Of a stretch of DNA of 64,000 nucleotides, positions 63,122 through 64,000 are shown piece by piece. The translations under genes were made by a program, and so were the position numbers. The notes beneath the pieces are model-generated. The model saw only the letters and a list, made by a program, of their open reading frames with translations, was not told where the DNA came from and made no database searches. The stretch comes from a candidate division FCPU426 bacterium. Its GTDB lineage: Bacteria > Oederibacteriota > JAAXVQ01 > JAUVAV01. The stretch covers positions 864,001 through 928,000 of the forward strand of contig JBFLYH010000001.1 in the NCBI GenBank assembly GCA_040756875.1. The letters are read 5' to 3'. Positions within the stretch are counted from its first letter, which is position 1. The number at the start of each line of letters is the position of its first letter.

Positions 63122-64000
63122 ATGATCTCCAGTTGGCTGGGCCGAAAAAAAGAAGATGCCACCGCCATGTTGAGTACGCCCGAGCTGACTGCTTCGGATT
63201 TTAAAGCCATCAGCACCCTGGTCATGGAACGGTGCGGCATTCATTTGCACAGCGGCAAGCAGGAGCTGGTCAAAGCCCGCCTGGGCAAGCGCCTCCGGAC
63301 CCTGGGATTCGAAACCTGGCGGCAATACCTGAATCTGCTCAAAGAAGACGAGAGCGGCGACGAGATCACTTCCATGCTGGACGCCATCTCCACCAACCTG
63401 ACTTATTTTTTCCGGGAAAACAGCCATTTCGATTTTCTCGCCCAAACCATCCTTCCCGCCGTTGTGGCCACGGCCGACAAGCGCGGCCGCAAATTGCGCA
63501 TTTGGAGCGCCGGGTGTTCAACCGGCGAGGAACCCTACACCATCGCCCTGGTCTTGTCGGAATGCATCCCGGATCTCGACCGTTGGGACGCCAAGATCCT
63601 CGCCACGGACCTGTCGACCCGCGTGCTGGCCAAAGCCAAGAACGGCCACTACGAACCGGAACGGCTGCAGGATCTCCCCCACACGCTGCGGTCCAAATAT
63701 TTTTTCGAAACCGCGGTTGACGGCCAGACCCGCTTCCAGGTCAGGCCCGAACTGCGGCGTCTGGTGCATTTCGCCCGTTTGAACTTCATGGAGTCGTGGC
63801 CGCTCCGGGGTCCGTTCGACGTCATTTTCTGCAGAAATGTCATGATTTATTTTACGCACGAAACCCGCAACCAAATGATCAGGCAGTTTTGGTCGCTGCT
63901 GCCGATGGGAGGTTATTTTCTCATCGGCCATTCAGAAAGTTTGACCGGGCTGAATCATGAATTTAAATATTTGAAGCCGTCGACATACCAAAAAACATGA
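63122..64000 (+). CDS. cheR: Chemotaxis protein-glutamate methyltransferase CheR
   Basis: TNLTYFFRE, IWSAGCSTGEEPYT, FDVIFCRNVMIYF, IGHSESL; stop TGA at 63998-64000. Confidence 0.97.
   Translation: MISSWLGRKKEDATAMLSTPELTASDFKAISTLVMERCGIHLHSGKQELVKARLGKRLRTLGFETWRQYLNLLKEDESGDEITSMLDAISTNLTYFFRENSHFDFLAQTILPAVVATADKRGRKLRIWSAGCSTGEEPYTIALVLSECIPDLDRWDAKILATDLSTRVLAKAKNGHYEPERLQDLPHTLRSKYFFETAVDGQTRFQVRPELRRLVHFARLNFMESWPLRGPFDVIFCRNVMIYFTHETRNQMIRQFWSLLPMGGYFLIGHSESLTGLNHEFKYLKPSTYQKT

Overview
GC-rich chromosomal segment of a diderm bacterium (lptF/lptG, lnt, outer-membrane proteins); the taxon cannot be fixed from sequence alone. From left to right: (1) a >1985-aa minus-strand gene, absent from the ORF track because it runs off the window, encoding three N-terminal fibronectin-III domains fused to a SprA/Sov-like (type IX secretion translocon-like) body; (2) a GT39-lptF-lptG operon, greA and an orphan sensor kinase; (3) a long minus-strand run with a TPR protein, a partner-switching module (PP2C phosphatase, STAS protein, RsbW-like kinase) coupled to a diguanylate cyclase, an M50-like peptidase, lnt, a PfkB kinase and an aminotransferase; (4) housekeeping genes tig-clpP-clpX-lon, a class V aminotransferase, serA and purA, with five tRNAs, the spacers of the His/Arg/Lys/Leu cluster holding unusual structured repeats; (5) accessory genes (TolB-like lipoprotein, Mut7-C RNase, V4R-like protein, membrane pyrophosphatase, YgiQ radical SAM, beta-barrel protein, adenylate/guanylate cyclase); (6) an 11-gene, fully dissociated FAS/PKS cluster combining a polyketide beta-branching cassette (HCS, ECH1, ECH2, GANS-type ACP) with two KS, KR, DH, ER, a PPTase and an SPT/BioF-like alpha-oxoamine synthase, with no modular PKS in the window; (7) a chemotaxis operon cheA-cheW-mcp-mcp-cheR. 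The best candidates for undescribed biology are the stand-alone beta-branching/oxoamine-synthase cluster (possible branched sphingoid or aminoketone lipid pathway), the FN3-SprA-like protein and the potentially pseudoknotted 114-bp repeats between tRNAs. All calls come from manual motif reading; no searches were run.
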